From Candidatus Adlerbacteria bacterium (GTDB lineage Bacteria; Patescibacteriota; Minisyncoccia; Phycocordibacterales; SBAW01), in contig CAVVLG010000002.1 in the NCBI GenBank assembly GCA_963749085.1, forward strand, positions 370,085-434,084: a stretch of 64,000 nt of DNA, read 5' to 3'. This document shows positions 39,774 to 49,508 of this stretch, piece by piece (position 1 is the first letter of the stretch; each line of letters begins with the position of its first letter). Below the pieces are notes generated by a model. That model worked only from the letters and a program-made list of their open reading frames with translations. It did no database searches and was not told the DNA's origin. Position numbers and translations under genes: made by a program.

Positions 39774-40523
39774 ATGAAAGTATACTCAAGCGAACTTGCT
39801 CACAACTACAACTCATATACGTTCGGATACGCCATCTACGGCGAGCTTGAAAAAGATGATCGGCTGGAGTCTCTGTATAATATGGGCTTTCTTCCTTATA
39901 CCGGCTCTCCTGAGGCTCCCCATACCTTGTACATGGCGCGTAGTATGCGGGTTCCGCTTTCGCTCTTTACGTTGAGCAGTGAAAATCGTCGCATCGCAAA
40001 AAAATTTGACGATCAGTTTACCAAACAACGTGTACCTATGGCGCGCTTCAATCCTGACGAAAATTTTTTTTCGTTCTGTCTCGATTATTTTGCTGGCAAA
40101 CATGGGGCACGCGCAATGCCACGCGAACGTCTCCAATTTATTCTCAAAAGTCCGTTCATCACTGATATGGTGCTATACCGACAGAAAGAGAAGTTGGTCG
40201 CGTGTGTGTTTGAGATACGCGATGGCGGTGCGGGACATTATTGGTTTTCTTTCTATGATCTCTCAATGGCACGGCAATCGTTGGGACTGTGGCTTATGCT
40301 CGATGGCGTGCGGGATGCTCAGACCGCAGGATTCAAACACTATTATCTCGGCACAGTGTATGGAGAAAAAGCCCTTTATAAGACTAATTTTGAGCCCTTA
40401 GAGTGGTGGGATGGTCAAGATTGGCAAAGCGATTCTGATCTCCTTCGTGAACGCGGACGTACTGACAATACTCGTATCGTCGAATTGATGGACGCGTGGA
40501 AACAGAACAAAAGATTATTTTAG
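39774..40523 (+). CDS. ATE_C-like aminoacyl-tRNA-protein transferase-fold protein (Bpt/Ate1-related)
   Basis: 249 aa; HYWFSFYDLSMARQSLGLWLMLDGVRDAQTAGFKHYYLGTVYGEKALYKTNFEPLEWWDGQDW resembles ATE_C core (YxFYDP..SLG...YxYLGY...K..YK..F.P.E). Confidence 0.45.
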   Translation: MKVYSSELAHNYNSYTFGYAIYGELEKDDRLESLYNMGFLPYTGSPEAPHTLYMARSMRVPLSLFTLSSENRRIAKKFDDQFTKQRVPMARFNPDENFFSFCLDYFAGKHGARAMPRERLQFILKSPFITDMVLYRQKEKLVACVFEIRDGGAGHYWFSFYDLSMARQSLGLWLMLDGVRDAQTAGFKHYYLGTVYGEKALYKTNFEPLEWWDGQDWQSDSDLLRERGRTDNTRIVELMDAWKQNKRLF

Positions 40524-40678
40524 TGGACGATTAGTGACACCGGACGAACTTTACAATTTTATAGCGACCCATGCCGAAACGATACAGGTATGGAACGACG
40601 CAGTAAAGGCCTTTCTTGCGGAGGAGCACGCACCGGAGACATTGGCAGTAAAGCTATAAACCAAGTAAAATAAAGGGT

Positions 40679-40969
40679 ATGGAGCTGCGTCGCAAAGACA
40701 ATCTGACCGACCTTGTGGGATCACTGCCAAAAGAGCCAGGAGGAAATGGGGACACGTCTCAAGAGGACCCAAAAAACCAAGAGGTCATCACCGAGGGCGG
40801 TGAGGTTGTTATTTTGGGGCACAAACGACCTCCTGCCCCTCCTATTAACAACAGGAGAAATTCACTTGAACTAACAGAGGGCGAGAGTTTAGCGGGCGCG
40901 GTACGTTCTGGGATGCGCGATGTGCTTGAGCGTTTTTTTGCTAACTACAAGCAAAACAAGGATAAATGA
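40679..40969 (+). CDS. Hypothetical small protein
   Basis: 96-aa ORF, no recognisable domain. Confidence 0.3.
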   Translation: MELRRKDNLTDLVGSLPKEPGGNGDTSQEDPKNQEVITEGGEVVILGHKRPPAPPINNRRNSLELTEGESLAGAVRSGMRDVLERFFANYKQNKDK

Positions 40970-40987
40970 CCTTGAATAAACACGAAT

Positions 40988-41545
40988 ATGAAAAAGCCAC
41001 GAGAGGTAGAGGAAATGATAAAGCGAGCGATACGCGATGAACTTGCCTTGCACCCGCTCAAATCCGTAGCTCAAATCAGGGGTGCGCTGTGCAGGTATGG
41101 CTATCAAGCCGTACACGGGCCGCTCGACTGGCACTACATCAGCAAGCTGGTAAAGAAAGTGCGTCTTGAAAATCTGGCCTCCTTATTCCCGAAGGATAGA
41201 GCTGAACGCTTTGCCATGCTTAAAGAGCGACACCGGGCAATCACTGAAAAACTCATTCCAATAGTCGAGGGCGAGTATATGGCCACCTTCGACAAGATGG
41301 TGTACCCGACTCATGCAGAGCGCATCGCTGCGGCAAACGCGATACTCAAATGGGATCTCGCGCTTTTCTGTGCGGAGGAGCAAGTACAGGTACTCGAGCA
41401 GACGGAGAAGCGACAGAACGAGCCAATCAAGCTACATCCAATTGTGCTGGATCTACAACCTGGCACTCAAGCAGCGCGATATTCCACACTTTCGACACTG
41501 AAAAAAGAAGCTACTACTGTTCCGTTTCCTGCGGTTGCGGCGTAG
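40988..41545 (+). CDS. Hypothetical protein
   Basis: 185-aa ORF, no recognisable domain. Confidence 0.35.
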   Translation: MKKPREVEEMIKRAIRDELALHPLKSVAQIRGALCRYGYQAVHGPLDWHYISKLVKKVRLENLASLFPKDRAERFAMLKERHRAITEKLIPIVEGEYMATFDKMVYPTHAERIAAANAILKWDLALFCAEEQVQVLEQTEKRQNEPIKLHPIVLDLQPGTQAARYSTLSTLKKEATTVPFPAVAA

Positions 41546-42314
41546 CCGCGGCTTTCGCTTTCTTTTGTGGTTTAAGCGAGAGGACTTTCTGAAGCACGGA
41601 GGCTTTCTCCTGGGGCCGCACATACACTTCGGTTAGCACTTCCTTGACAGTTTCAACGAGAAAATGAAACTCTCCTTGGGACCACGGTTCCCAATCGCCC
41701 TCATGTAGTTGTTCACTCGTCATTCCCTGTATATTGGCAAGCGCATCAAAATACTCTGGCGGCACCATCGGGTGTTTGTCCTTGAGCACTTTGACACGGT
41801 CGCCATAGTCAATCGTTTCTCCTTTTTCACCTGTTTTGGATATCTGTTCCAACTCAAGCAGCTCGTAGATAGCTTTTCGCAAACAGCCGGATGCGCCGAC
41901 CAAGTAATTCATTTTCGCACACCCCTCTGCCTCCGACACTAATTTCCGAACCTTCTCATTGATACGATTGTCGAGCGTAAAAAAAGTTGTTGGTTGATGG
42001 TAGAAGAAGAGAGCGTCCAAGTCCAAGTCCTTTACGTATATATGTCCATCATCCTGTGCCGCTGGTATTCTGGTGAATTTGTCGTTGTAAAGACTAATGT
42101 CGTGATCGGACAGATGCAATGAGACTTTTTGACAGGTGTCTCCACCGCACTGAACTTGGTAGCCATAGACCATTCGATCGTTCGACCAATTAAAACGGAG
42201 TTTACCCACCACTGAATAAGTGATGGACTTACGATTGCAAAACGGACAATTGTACTTATCACGGTCAACAAAGTACTTGAGATCGAGATGGGATTGATCG
42301 TAGTTTTCTCTCAT
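41514..42314 (-). CDS. Hypothetical protein with N-terminal Cys4 zinc-ribbon (CPFC...C..C) and helical C-terminal domain
   Basis: 266 aa; YNCPFCNRKS...VQCGGDTCQK; Lys/Ala/Pro-rich tail. Confidence 0.45.
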   Translation of the reverse strand: MRENYDQSHLDLKYFVDRDKYNCPFCNRKSITYSVVGKLRFNWSNDRMVYGYQVQCGGDTCQKVSLHLSDHDISLYNDKFTRIPAAQDDGHIYVKDLDLDALFFYHQPTTFFTLDNRINEKVRKLVSEAEGCAKMNYLVGASGCLRKAIYELLELEQISKTGEKGETIDYGDRVKVLKDKHPMVPPEYFDALANIQGMTSEQLHEGDWEPWSQGEFHFLVETVKEVLTEVYVRPQEKASVLQKVLSLKPQKKAKAAATPQPQETEQ

Positions 42315-42361
42315 TTGCCACTATTCTACGCGCAATCAGCTTGCAGGGAAAGCAACGCGGA

Positions 42362-42646
42362 CTAAGGAGTGTTTATCCAATTCCACGCCTCCCGCGGAAG
42401 CCACCCTTGGCTTTGGGTTGGATCCACTCGTATCACTACGAGGTGTCGGCCCGGAACGCCCGGGAACGTGGCGTTGTAAAGCTGATTTACATTCAATCTC
42501 GATTTTACCAAGTACATACCGCCGGGAAGATGATGCCACCAAGCATAGATGTAATTGGGATACAGAACAGTAGTGATGTAATTGTGAAAAGCCGTAGGGT
42601 TGAACGGCAGACTGGTATTCACCGCGATAAGGTAGATATTATCCAT
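42362..42646 (-). CDS. Hypothetical protein
   Basis: 94-aa ORF, 8-bp overlap with upstream membrane-protein gene. Confidence 0.35.
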   Translation of the reverse strand: MDNIYLIAVNTSLPFNPTAFHNYITTVLYPNYIYAWWHHLPGGMYLVKSRLNVNQLYNATFPGVPGRHLVVIRVDPTQSQGWLPREAWNWINTP

Positions 42647-43076
42647 GGTCTTCTATTTGCCCCAGTGCGGTATCTGCTTCAGGTATTGGCGGGGGGTCAA
42701 CGCGGTCTTGTTCTTGAATTGGGTTATCCGGGTTCAAAACAGAGACGAGATCCCGTGGCGATGCCCGAAAGCCATGCGCTTGATCACCGAGCAACGTGAG
42801 CACTTGTTGTTGGATAACATGCTTCTCTGAGCGGAGCATATGAGGGCTTGTGAACATGAAAAACAAAAACGCACCAATCAGCGTTACAAGGACCAAACCA
42901 AACAAACAGATGACCAGTATCTGTGCGGTAGCGGATGAGACAAAAGCAATAACGGCTCCTCCGAAAAAAGCGGTTACAACAAGAGCAACGAGTAGAGGAT
43001 ACAGGGCGTTTGTCCTGCTAATTTGCGCAATAGCACCTTCGACATGTTGCCACAATTCACCCATCGCGATGCCCAT
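42639..43076 (-). CDS. Hypothetical membrane protein (2 TM)
   Basis: 145 aa; LYPLLVALVVTAFFGGAVIAFVSSATAQILVICLFGLVLVTLIGAFLFFMF. Confidence 0.45.
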   Translation of the reverse strand: MGIAMGELWQHVEGAIAQISRTNALYPLLVALVVTAFFGGAVIAFVSSATAQILVICLFGLVLVTLIGAFLFFMFTSPHMLRSEKHVIQQQVLTLLGDQAHGFRASPRDLVSVLNPDNPIQEQDRVDPPPIPEADTALGQIEDHG

Positions 43077-43163
43077 TGTACGCTGGCTATTTTAAAAGAA
43101 AAGAGCGCCCGCCGATCGAAACCGTGGGCGCCCGTAGTGTGTAGACAAACGCCGAAGCGTTGC

Positions 43164-44678
43164 TTACTTGATGTAGTAGTCGATGGTGAACCGCACCTGA
43201 TCCTTGTCTTCGTAGAGCACATTCATGCGAGCCGCGATACCCATCGTGGCACCCAGTTCAATGGTGCCGTAATAGGTGCCGGGAGCGCTTTCCGAAGCAA
43301 AGAAGGTGAAGTAATTGCCTCGCTGTGTCCCCTCTTGATTGGGGAACATTTTCCACGAGGTCGTGATGTCGGTCGCGAACGCCATCTGCGAGTTATTGGT
43401 GTTCTGGCCGAGATAGTAGAGAGTCTCGCCGTGGGGCAGCGTGACGGACTTCGACTTGGTGATCGTGAAGACCTCCTTGCCGGTGGTAGTTTCCGTAACG
43501 TAAGTCTGATAGGCCGCCGCGGCCGAGACATTCCATGAGTGCATCCAGTACCAGATACCGCCCACCGCGAGGCCGATAGCAAGGACGATCATGCCGCATA
43601 TGCGCAGAGCACGATTGCCTTCCTTCTTTGCTTCGCCGGTGTATACCTTTTGTCCACGGAAGAAGCCCGTTTCCTCGCTGCGGAGGTCATCGGAACTCCA
43701 TCCGTTCAGTGCATAAGCACCGAGGGCGACCGCAGGCGAGCCCTTGTAGGTGCTTGTCACGCGCTCAGTGTACTGCTCACTCTCCCGAACGACACGACGT
43801 CGGACGACTTCCTTCGTGATGTCGCCGGAGACGACGCGCAGTTCAGACCGGATCCATTCCGGCACGGTGCCGAGAAACTCGACAATCCGGCTGGGTATGC
43901 GTCCGGTGTAGTCACTGAGGCCATCGACTTTGGCACGCACAATATGATGATCGTGGCGCTCGACCGCTTCGGTGATTTTCACACGGCGACCTTCGACGGT
44001 CGAATACGTGGTCTGCTCGCCGAACGGAACGGTCAGGTCGACCGTGGTCTCGTTGCGGTTGGTCATCTCCACTTTCTCCGTCGCGTAAGGACGGAAATAG
44101 TAGTAGTGGCCAACCGTCGAGCCGGTGAAATGCACGATGCCAACGTATTCCTTTGCCACCAGCAAATCGAGCCAGAGACAGAAACGTTTCATCATGCTGT
44201 CGATGCCGGTGTCGACCTCCTGCTTAAGCTCCGCAAGGAGCTGGTCAGCGGGAAGTGCGGCACGTTCGGCGGGCAGATCAATGAGCGGAGCATCGGCGAG
44301 CGGCGGGATGTGCTCTTGTACGAAGCTCCACTGCTTCTTAACGTCTTCGTCCACCGAATAGCTGCCATTGTTCGTGCGTTTGATTGAGGCACGGACTGCG
44401 CCCTTCACCAGCCGCTGGAGATCATCCAGTCGGCCTTGAAAGAAAGCGACATCGATCCGGTAAGCGTCGAAGATAGTGTCGTGCTCGGCCCCGGACTTGA
44501 GTTCGAGAATAGCCGAAGCACTTCGCAAATAACCGACGAGGGGTTGGAACGTTTCCGGCACTTCCTGCACGAAACGCTCCTCGTCCTTCATGGTTGCGCC
44601 GAAGCTACGACCAAAAAGGGACAGCATCAGTTGGTTGGTGGTCATTGCACCACGTTCCGCCAGTCGCTGATTGCTCAC
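43164..44678 (-). CDS. Large hypothetical protein, ~365-aa N-terminal cytoplasmic region, single TM helix, ~120-aa C-terminal ectodomain
   Basis: 504 aa; TM ICGMIVLAIGLAVGGIWYWMH; no recognisable catalytic motif. Confidence 0.5.
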   Translation of the reverse strand: MSNQRLAERGAMTTNQLMLSLFGRSFGATMKDEERFVQEVPETFQPLVGYLRSASAILELKSGAEHDTIFDAYRIDVAFFQGRLDDLQRLVKGAVRASIKRTNNGSYSVDEDVKKQWSFVQEHIPPLADAPLIDLPAERAALPADQLLAELKQEVDTGIDSMMKRFCLWLDLLVAKEYVGIVHFTGSTVGHYYYFRPYATEKVEMTNRNETTVDLTVPFGEQTTYSTVEGRRVKITEAVERHDHHIVRAKVDGLSDYTGRIPSRIVEFLGTVPEWIRSELRVVSGDITKEVVRRRVVRESEQYTERVTSTYKGSPAVALGAYALNGWSSDDLRSEETGFFRGQKVYTGEAKKEGNRALRICGMIVLAIGLAVGGIWYWMHSWNVSAAAAYQTYVTETTTGKEVFTITKSKSVTLPHGETLYYLGQNTNNSQMAFATDITTSWKMFPNQEGTQRGNYFTFFASESAPGTYYGTIELGATMGIAARMNVLYEDKDQVRFTIDYYIK

Positions 44679-44794
44679 GTGAGATCTCCTTTGTTGTAGT
44701 TACACCATTGACGTCAATGTACAGTACCAAGTCGTCCATGGCTGGTCTTGGTACAGTGGCAAGACGATAGCATAAAGTAAATAAACTGTAAAGG

Positions 44795-45460
44795 TCAGTA
44801 GTAATCCTCAACACTCACGGTCCATTGGTTGCCGGTGTTGATGGTGAGATAAAACTCACCGCTTTCGTAGCAGTACGAGGTCTCCGATCCATCACCGATA
44901 ATATTCGCCATCACGGTGCACGATGATGATTGATCATCAGTACGGCCCGGGAAAATCTGGAAGTTGTACTGGCCTGTTGTCTGCCAGTTTACCCGCCACT
45001 GCGTGCCTTGTATCGTGAACGGTGCGGTGGTTTCAGTACCAGTGCCATTGAGCGTAGCAACGGTATGCCATGACGCTGTTGGAGTAGGCGCGGGTGTTGG
45101 AGCAGGAGCCGGAGTCGGCGCAGGAGTTGCGGCAGTTGTAGCCGGTTTTTGAACTGGTGCTGCTGTTGTCTGCGCTTGTGGCGCACTGGGTGCCACGGGA
45201 GCCGGAGTTGCTGATGTATTCGAGGTATTCAGCGCTTGAGACGTTGTGGCCACTGGGGACGCCGATGTTACCACAGGTTGCAACGTTGGAGGCATAGTGA
45301 TGCCAAATAAAATAAAGGAAACTATTGCTGCGCCACCAAATACCCAAGCGGCCATTTTGCGTGAGCGCATTTTCAGCAACTGTGGATTAGCGAGACCAGC
45401 TATAAGACCCGCGAGCGAGAGGAGAAAGAGAACAATAAAAAAGTCACTCATAATTTCCAC
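44795..45460 (-). CDS. Membrane-anchored protein with Pro/Thr/Ala-rich linker and ~100-aa C-terminal globular domain
   Basis: 221 aa; N-terminal 2 TM, linker TPAPTPAPAPTPAPTPT, C-terminal W/Y-rich domain. Confidence 0.5.
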   Translation of the reverse strand: MEIMSDFFIVLFLLSLAGLIAGLANPQLLKMRSRKMAAWVFGGAAIVSFILFGITMPPTLQPVVTSASPVATTSQALNTSNTSATPAPVAPSAPQAQTTAAPVQKPATTAATPAPTPAPAPTPAPTPTASWHTVATLNGTGTETTAPFTIQGTQWRVNWQTTGQYNFQIFPGRTDDQSSSCTVMANIIGDGSETSYCYESGEFYLTINTGNQWTVSVEDYY

Positions 45461-45850
45461 GCTTAGTTGTTAATCAACTGGAGCGGGCACTTTTGTACCA
45501 AAAAGCCCACCACGTGAGTGAGGGCTTGCGCCCTCCGTATCGGTTTCCCGATACGGCCGGTAAAGACAAATCCCACGCGATGGGGTTTTTGGTCTTTACC
45601 GGTCCACCGACCATATCGTCCGGCAGTATGCCAAACGGGTTAGGTCGTTGCCCTCGCGGGCTATTCAGTTGTGGCTTCATGATATAGCAGGTCGCCATAT
45701 CCGCATAGGGTCAGGCGGAGCAAGTGCCCAGTAGCTTTTAGGGACCAATTCGCGCCACAGAGGACCCCAACAAGCCACAAGGGGTGCAAAACATGGGCGG
45801 GGTGTGGGTAGCTCCACTTCCCCGCCAGTATCCGATATAGTCATGTCTGT

Positions 45851-46450
45851 ATGGCTATGCCAGAGACACGAACGGAGTTGCTCGAGGTGTTAATCAAAAG
45901 CCTCCAGCCGGAGGAGAAAATTGAGGAGCAAAAAAGCTACCGTTACGTTATCTATGCCCGCAAATCAACCGATGATAAAGAAAAACAAGTACGCTCACTA
46001 TCCGACCAGATCGCCGAGTGCAGAGAATATGCCGAAAGAAATGGACTTAGGGTCGGGAAAGACGATGTAATTCAGGAGTCGGAAAGCGCAAAACAGGCTG
46101 ATACGCGCCCGAAATTCCGCATGATGCTCGAGACACTAAAGGCGGGCAAGTACGACGGCATCCTCGCATGGCACCCCGACCGCCTCGCGCGCAACATGAA
46201 AGACGCTGGAGAAATTATAGATCTGCTCGACAAACACATCATCAAAGCGCTCAGGTTCGTGAGTTTTTCCTTCGAAAATACGCCGAGTGGCAAGATGCTC
46301 CTCGGGATTACCTTCGTGTTGTCAAAACAATATAGCGATCAACTAAGTGAGAATGTGAGCCGTGGCAACAAGCGCAGTATCGAGGAGGGCAAATACGTCG
46401 GTCGGGCGAAACATGGTTATTATAAAGACCCCAGTGGCTATCTCCGCCAG
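45851..46450 (+). pseudogene. Large serine recombinase, N-terminal fragment (resolvase catalytic domain + start of recombinase domain) truncated at tRNA-Leu
   Basis: YVIYARKSTDDKEKQVRSLSDQ (catalytic Ser), WHPDRLARN; ...GKYVGRAKHGYYKDPSGYL begins recombinase domain; ORF track extends to 46558 only by reading through the antisense of tRNA-Leu. Confidence 0.65.
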
Positions 46451-46532
46451 TGGGCATGGGGAGACTCGAACTCCCAAGTCTTGCGACATACGCTTCTGAG
46501 ACGTACGCGTATACCAATTCCGCCACATGCCC
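46451..46532 (-). tRNA. tRNA-Leu: tRNA-Leu (anticodon CAG), class II with 13-nt variable arm
   Basis: Hand-folded cloverleaf: GGGCATG/CATGCCC acceptor, anticodon stem TACGT/GCGTA with loop CTCAGAA, T-arm GGGAG-TTCGAGT-CTCCC; no encoded CCA. Confidence 0.75.
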
Positions 46533-46929
46533 GTGATCTTTACCTTACACCAAAATAGGTGATGCAGGACGAATGCCTTTAGCCGGTAGTTTCGGCATTG
46601 ACAGGTTTGACTAACTGCCCTGCATGTGGACAAGCTGTGGAAAAACTGGTGATAAAAGCTCGTTCACAGACTTTACATAAGACGTGTATATTATGGCGGT
46701 GTACACCCGGTAGGTTCTGAGAAGCTGCGTTCTTCCTGCAGTTTCTGAAGTCGCGGGAGAGGAAGGGGCAGTCGGGTCCGTGACTGCATCTGGCGTATTG
46801 AGCCTACTCTGTTACGGGTGTACCTCGGCTGTCCCTTCCATTCAAACAGAGGGTTCCCGTTTGTACCGGCATCGTGTACACCTGTGCCGGTACTGCCAGG
46901 AGCCCGGATAGTCGGCATAGCGTACACCT

Positions 46930-48898
46930 ATGTCCCCTTCCCTGGAACCCCAAGGTTACACGCTGCCGGTAGGCACCAACTTATACGTATCTTTTATGCG
47001 CACGATACGTCAACAGGATATCGTTTCTTTTCTTGCCGTCTTTATTTCCATACTGGTCGCGATCAAATTAAACCAGTACATCTTTTTTCATTTCAATACC
47101 AGCCCGGCGATCATTTTTCTGCCGACAGGTATCGCGCTGGCGGCGGTCTATCTGGGAGGCTATCGCATGTGGGTACCTATAGCCGCTGCATGGTTTCTTG
47201 GCTCGGTGACCAGTTTCTCGCACCCTACTCTCGTAGTGGATGCCGCGGCCACGGTCGGCTACACGCTTGAAGCGGTCATCGGCGGGTATGCACTTGCACG
47301 CCTGAAATTTGTAGGTGATCTGGCACGCACCCGTGACGCCTTTATACTCATCGCCGCTTCCTTGTTGCTTCCCGTCATCGCGCCAAGCATCACCGCGAGT
47401 GTACAGTGGCTGACCCATGCGCTCCCCAGCTCAGTGTGGGTGACGTGGAGCCGCGCGTGGGCCGGAGGCGCACTGAACATACTCGTGTTATTGCCGCTCA
47501 TCACCACCTGGTATAGAGATCGTACAACAAAAACTTTTAGAAAACTGCTTGAAATTACTCTGGCTCTCCTCGCCCTCGCGTTCGTTACCTATCTGGTCTT
47601 TTGGAGCCCGCTTGTGCAGGCTAATGGATTCATTGTGTTGTATGCGCTCTTTGCTATCTTGTTTTGGATAGGATTACGGATGCACCCCAGAATTATTACG
47701 ACTGCCGTGTTCCTAGTCATGCTGCTCAGCTTCGCCGGTAGCCTCATTGCCCGCCCCACCACAACAACGAAGCTTGATCAACAGCTGCTTTCCGATGAAT
47801 TGTTTATCGTTCTCATCGTCCCCATATTTTTAATTCTCGCCGCATTGGTGGAAGAGCGTCGGGTGAAAGAGCGGGAACTTGAAGAAGCGATCGATAAGCT
47901 TTCGCAGGAAGACCAGGCAAAAAATGAATTCCTGGCGACGCTTGCGCATGAGTTGCGCAACCCCCTGGCCCCGATAGTGAGTTCGCTTGAACTCATGAGA
48001 CTGGAGGCTCGGCAGTTGGCTCGACCTAATCTTATGCAGCTCATTGACGTCACCGACCGGTATAATGCGATGATTGTTCATTTACTTGATGATCTTTTGG
48101 ATATTTCCCGCATATCACACAGGAAGTTCAAGCTCCAAAAGGAAAGCTTGGAGTTGCGCCCAGTTGTCGAACACGCGGTACGGACGGTCGATGCTATGTA
48201 CAAAGCCAACAACCACACGCTCTCCGTATCAATGCCGGAGGAGACATTATGGATCGAGGCGGACCCCCTGCGGCTAAGGCAGATCCTTATCAATCTCCTC
48301 AACAATGCCGCAAAATATACCAACCCAGGAGGGAATATTGTATTAAGCGTCGTGTTTGACCCGGATCGTGGCTTGCGCATCAGTGTGAGAGATAACGGGG
48401 TGGGGATCGAACCGCACATGCTGAAGAAAATCTTCGAGCCGTTCGTGCAGTCGGATGAGAGCAGGTCGGGGCTCGGCATTGGACTTTCACTGACTAATCA
48501 TCTGGTGAACCTTCACGATGGCGTAGTGTGGGCGGAGAGCGAAGGATTGGGCAGAGGAAGCGATTTCATCGTAGTCTTGCCCGGCGCTGACAGAGTGCGG
48601 TTGCCACTTCGGGTAGCAACCCCAAAACGCCGCCGAAGAGAATTTCCTTTCATCGGAAAAAGGAGCCAACGAAAACGCTCTATTCTCATTGTTGATGACA
48701 ACAAAGCCGCGGCAGAGAGCCTCGGCAAACTGCTGGAGCACGGCAGTCATACCGTCGCGTTTGCCTATGACGGGTCGAGTGCGATTGCAAAAATGAAGAA
48801 TGCCGAAGCGGACGCGGTACTGCTCGACATTGAACTTCCTGATATGGACGGATATGAGGTCGCACGAAGTTTGCGGCAAGAACATGGTTACAATTCTC
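46930..48898 (+). CDS. Hybrid sensor histidine kinase (MASE1-like membrane sensor, HisKA, HATPase_c, C-terminal receiver) - receiver domain interrupted by IS insertion
   Basis: ORF 46930..48927; EFLATLAHELRNPLAPI (H-box), GLGIGLSL, receiver start RSILIVDDNKAAAESL...LDIELPDMDGYEVARSLRQEHGYNSL then IS; more likely start MRTIRQQ at 46996. Confidence 0.8.
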
Positions 48899-48965
48899 TA
48901 GAACCAATCTCAAAAATACCGTTGTAGACTAAAGGCACAGGGCGTTACCCGTAATTTGCCTGCCC

Positions 48966-49508
48966 ATGCCTCTCACCAACGAGCAGTGGAGCGTCATCGC
49001 TCCGTTTGTCACACCCCTCAAGCGTTTGGAAACCCGCGGCCGTCCCCGGCAGGACGACCGCAAGATACTGGAAGGTATCCTCTGGGCACTGAAGACCGGC
49101 GCCCAGTGGAAGCACCTGCCGAAAGACTACCCGCCCTACCAGACCTGCCATCGCAGGTTCCAGCAGTGGGTGGAGAGCGGCGCCTTTGACCGCATCGTCG
49201 AAGCCCTGGCCATGGACATGGAATACCGGGGGCGCATCAAGCTCAGGAGCTGCTTTCTCGATGCCACCTTCGCGGGGGCAAAAAAGGGGGTCTTGGCGTG
49301 GGACCCACGAAGCGTGGGAAAGGCACCAAGATCATGGCGATTGCGGACGAAGGCTCTCTTCCAGTCGCCGTCTATGTGGCCTCTGCTTCTCCGAGCGAAG
49401 TCCGGTTGGTTGAAGACACGCTTGCCCGGCGATTTACCCGACAGAATCCGCTTCGCCTCACGGCTGACCGAGCATATGATTCCGATCCGCTGGATGGAAC
49501 GCTCCTGA
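48966..49508 (+). CDS. IS5-family transposase OrfA (N-terminal DUF4096-like part)
   Basis: 180-aa ORF; slippery heptamer A AAA AAG at 49280..49286 allows -1 shift into OrfB. Confidence 0.75.
   Translation: MPLTNEQWSVIAPFVTPLKRLETRGRPRQDDRKILEGILWALKTGAQWKHLPKDYPPYQTCHRRFQQWVESGAFDRIVEALAMDMEYRGRIKLRSCFLDATFAGAKKGVLAWDPRSVGKAPRSWRLRTKALFQSPSMWPLLLRAKSGWLKTRLPGDLPDRIRFASRLTEHMIPIRWMERS

Noticed and set aside
43539-44387. 282-aa plus-strand ORF
   Set aside because: Antisense to the 504-aa minus-strand ORF, whose product is the more protein-like of the two (it has a TM helix).
45461-45850. Possibility that the hairpin-rich spacer is RNase P RNA, tmRNA or SRP RNA
   Set aside because: The region lacks RNase P P4 or GGAAAGUCCGG motifs, lacks a tmRNA tRNA-like 3' end (GGUUCGAUUCC...CCA) or tag ORF, and lacks the SRP domain IV motif. 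It is kept only as an unclassified structured region.
46451-46558. C-terminal 36 aa of the ORF-track recombinase (…WAWGDSNSQVLRHTLLRRTRIPIPPHARDLYLTPK)
   Set aside because: This stretch is the antisense read-through of tRNA-Leu. The recombinase is truncated at 46450.
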